The translations under genes were made by a program, and so were the position numbers. Below the pieces are notes generated by a model. It saw only the letters and a list, made by a program, of their open reading frames with translations. It searched no databases and was not told where the DNA came from. From Oscillospiraceae bacterium (GTDB lineage: Bacteria > Bacillota > Clostridia > Oscillospirales > CAG-382), in the NCBI GenBank assembly GCA_015064895.1, contig SVRI01000002.1, forward strand, positions 84,113 to 148,112: a stretch of DNA of 64,000 nt, written 5' to 3'. Position 1 is the first letter of the stretch; every line of letters starts with the position of its first letter. Shown in pieces: positions 61,777 to 64,000 of this stretch.

Positions 61777-62530
61777 TGTGATGACTTTCAACATAAGATG
61801 TGATAATTCAATCGACGGAAAAAATTCATTTTCGGGCAGAAGAAGGCTTGTCAAAAAAATGCTTTTAAGAGAAAACCCCGATATAATCGGATTTCAGGAA
61901 GTATTGCCTCACGTCAAAAAGTGGCTGACAAAAAAGCTCCGTGATTATGAATTTATCGGAATCGGCAGGAATGCTGATTTTTCGGGTGAAGCAGTACCGA
62001 TTGCCTACAAAAAGGAAAAGTTTGAGTTATTATCGTACCGTCAGTTTTGGTTATCGGACACACCGTCCGTTCCCGGATCACGTTTTGAAAACTCAGACCA
62101 AAGCAAATATCCGAGAATATGTGTAATTGCTACGTTTTTCCACAAGCCCGACGGTAAAGTGTTCACTTTCGCCAACACACATCTTGACCACAAGGGCAAC
62201 CAGGCAAAGGCTGATGCTTCAACGCTTATTGTTTCCGAGCTTGCAAAGGATGGTCTGCCGTTTATTCTTACAGGCGATTTCAATGCACGTCCCAATGACG
62301 AACCAATAAAGCTTATCCTTGAAAACCCTTCAATTGTGGACATAACAAAGTCTTTGGGTAAAGATTACGCAACATTTCATAACTATGGAAAAGTCATAAA
62401 AGACTATAAAATTGATTACATTTTCTCGAATTTTGGCAGTACCGCTTCAAACCTCAAGGTACACACCGACGAAAAACGCGGCATCTATCTTTCTGACCAC
62501 TATCCTATTTCTGTAAGTATAAATTTATAG
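61766..62530 (+). CDS. endonuclease/exonuclease/phosphatase (EEP) family protein
   Basis: ORF 61709..62530 trimmed to ATG 61766 (MTINVMTFNIRCDN). Also IIGFQEV, NTHLDH, GDFN and SDHYPI motifs. Confidence 0.75.
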   Translation: MTINVMTFNIRCDNSIDGKNSFSGRRRLVKKMLLRENPDIIGFQEVLPHVKKWLTKKLRDYEFIGIGRNADFSGEAVPIAYKKEKFELLSYRQFWLSDTPSVPGSRFENSDQSKYPRICVIATFFHKPDGKVFTFANTHLDHKGNQAKADASTLIVSELAKDGLPFILTGDFNARPNDEPIKLILENPSIVDITKSLGKDYATFHNYGKVIKDYKIDYIFSNFGSTASNLKVHTDEKRGIYLSDHYPISVSINL

Positions 62531-62598
62531 CAAACAATCATATTTTTTCTCCGATTTGCATATAATGTCTTTAGCACTATAATCGGGAGGAATATGTT

Positions 62599-62793
62599 TT
62601 GTCAGACAAGAAAGAGTATTACAAGGAAACTGTTGAACGTTATTGTCACGTTATCGGCAAAAATACAACATTCAGCCGTTACACAAAGGATAATCAGAGT
62701 TGTTTTGAATGCGAAAACCGTCATGAATGCGAAAAAAACGGCGGTTGCAGGCATCATCTCTTTCATACACACAACAAAAAAGAAGAAGGCTGA
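62599..62793 (+). CDS. hypothetical small Cys/His-rich protein (64 aa)
   Basis: TTG start 8 nt after GGGAGG (62585-90). C..CFEC..H.C....GGC.HH pattern. No family recognised. The 3' end is embedded in the purF terminator hairpin, so it could be spurious. Confidence 0.3.
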   Translation: MSDKKEYYKETVERYCHVIGKNTTFSRYTKDNQSCFECENRHECEKNGGCRHHLFHTHNKKEEG

Positions 62794-62808
62794 TACCTTC
62801 TTCTTTTA
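62776..62808. terminator. bidirectional Rho-independent terminator (purF on minus, small ORF on plus)
   Basis: aagaagaagg (62780-89) pairs with ccttcttctt (62796-805). There is an A-run on the left and a T-run on the right. Confidence 0.75.
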
Positions 62809-62810
62809 AT

Positions 62811-64000
62811 TTATTTTGTTCCTTTTTTACCGCTCCAGCAATATGTACAAAGCTGATCCTCGGGAAGACCTGTTGCTTCAATCATATCATCGAGTCTATG
62901 ATAGCGAAGTGATGTGAAATGAAGTTCCTTTCGGATTTCTTCCACCATGTTATTATACTCTTGTGTTTCGGGATCAGAGTATACTCTGAGAAGCTCCTCA
63001 TCGGGTTCTCTGCCTTCAAGACGTGTAATCACCCTTCTGGTAATAAGCTCCATTTCACTTGTGGAACGTGAGAAATTAAGATACTTACAACCGTAAAGAA
63101 GAGGCGGACAACCTACTCTTATATGTACTTCCTTTGCACCGCAGTCATAGAGAAATTCGGTAGTTTCTCTCAACTGTGTTCCTCTGACAATAGAGTCGTC
63201 GATAAGAAGCAGGCTCTTGCTGTCAATAAGGTCATGAATGGCAATAAGCTTCATCTTGGCGATAAGATTTCTCTTTGTCTGTGTAGGCGGCATAAACGAA
63301 CGGGGCCAGGTAGGAGTATACTTGATAAATGGACGGGCATAAGGAATACCCGATTCTGTAGAATAACCGATTGCATGGGCAATACCCGAGTCGGGAATAC
63401 CTGTTACAAGGTCAGGCTTTACATCATCTCGTTTTGCAAGAAGTTTTCCGCAATTATATCTCACCTGTTCGACGCTTCTTCCTTCATATGACGAACAAGG
63501 ATAGCCATAATAAATCCAAAGGAAGGTACAGATTTTTCTGTTTTCGCCAACCGGTGCCACAAGCGTCTTAACTTCATCGGGAGTGAAAACAACTATTTCG
63601 CCGGGGCCGAGTTCTTTATAATCGGTATAGCCGAGATTAAGATATGCAAAGGATTCAAAGCATGCACAAAAGCCTGCACCGTCGCTTTTTTTGCCGATTA
63701 CAATAGGTGTCTTACCGTATTTATCACGGGCAGCATATATTCCGATAGGTGTAAGAATCAGCATGCTGAGTGAACCGTCGATAACATTAAGAGCATGCTT
63801 GATACCGTCGATAAAATTATCCTTCTGATTGATAATTGCCGCAACAAGCTCTGTAGGATTAATCTCACCGCTTGTCATTTCAAAAAAGTGAGTTCCTTTT
63901 TCAATTATAGATTCCGCAAGCTCGGCAGCATTATTGATTTTACCGACCGTGGTAATGGCAAAAGAGCCATGATGAGAACGGATAAAAAGAGGCTGAGGTT
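62811..64000 (-). CDS. purF: amidophosphoribosyltransferase PurF (5' end beyond the right edge of the window)
   Basis: The frame stays open upstream of the track's ATG 63878 to the window end (..PLFIRSHHGSFAITTVGKINNAAELAESIIEKGTHFFEM..). PRTase motif LLLIDDSIVRGTQ. Cys-rich C-terminal region. Confidence 0.85.
   Translation of the reverse strand, partial: PQPLFIRSHHGSFAITTVGKINNAAELAESIIEKGTHFFEMTSGEINPTELVAAIINQKDNFIDGIKHALNVIDGSLSMLILTPIGIYAARDKYGKTPIVIGKKSDGAGFCACFESFAYLNLGYTDYKELGPGEIVVFTPDEVKTLVAPVGENRKICTFLWIYYGYPCSSYEGRSVEQVRYNCGKLLAKRDDVKPDLVTGIPDSGIAHAIGYSTESGIPYARPFIKYTPTWPRSFMPPTQTKRNLIAKMKLIAIHDLIDSKSLLLIDDSIVRGTQLRETTEFLYDCGAKEVHIRVGCPPLLYGCKYLNFSRSTSEMELITRRVITRLEGREPDEELLRVYSDPETQEYNNMVEEIRKELHFTSLRYHRLDDMIEATGLPEDQLCTYCWSGKKGTK

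Noticed and set aside
62594-62809. 71-aa ORF (ATG 62594) overlapping the 64-aa Cys/His-rich ORF
   Set aside because: The ATG is only 3 nt from the GGAGG, which is too close. The product is basic, low-information sequence running through the terminator hairpin.

Overview
This looks like a low-GC Firmicutes/Clostridia chromosomal segment. That call is my inference from gene content (spoIID, whiA, a YlbF/RicF-like gene, a MecA-like gene, SLH-like anchors) and from GGAGG-type ribosome-binding sites with frequent TTG starts. I see about 48 protein genes and one tRNA-Val(GAC).

Most genes are core housekeeping: secD/secF, topB, citrate synthase, dnaE, whiA, murB, mgtE, mutS, miaB, hslO, pfkA, an HtrA-like protease, nnr, alr, ftsH, tilS, dnaB, rplI, uppP, ftsK, a D-Ala-D-Ala carboxypeptidase, a ttcA-like gene and purF (partial).

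The accessory content is:
- Five tandem paralogous 'orphan' ABC-type solute-binding lipoproteins (29.6-37.7 kb). Each has its own promoter and terminator, four of the five start on TTG, and no permease or ATPase gene is in the window.
- A BspA-type LRR surface protein.
- A small envelope cluster: a parvulin foldase with SLH-like repeats, a large SLH-like protein and HtrA.
- A divergent DUF2493(SLOG)/XRE gene pair.

The most unusual content is non-coding. Several ORF-free gaps of 0.3-0.75 kb are filled by at least three families of structured repeats:
- Family A is a large modular element of about 320-600 nt at 10.3, 16.5 and 48.5 kb. Its helices keep pairing through compensatory substitutions between copies.
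- Family B is a bipartite hairpin element of about 135 nt. Its first hairpin module occurs 7 times with completely different but complementary stems. One copy exactly fills the whiA-dnaE gap and carries the dnaE SD. Three copies sit inside a 3.4 x 131-bp tandem array abutting the 3' end of tRNA-Val.
- Family C is a small double-hairpin, REP-like unit.

I could not assign any of these to a known RNA or mobile-element family by eye, so they are the best candidates for something undescribed. I saw no CRISPR array, rRNA, transposase, integrase or recognisable defence system. All calls come from manual reading of the sequence and ORF translations; no searches were run.
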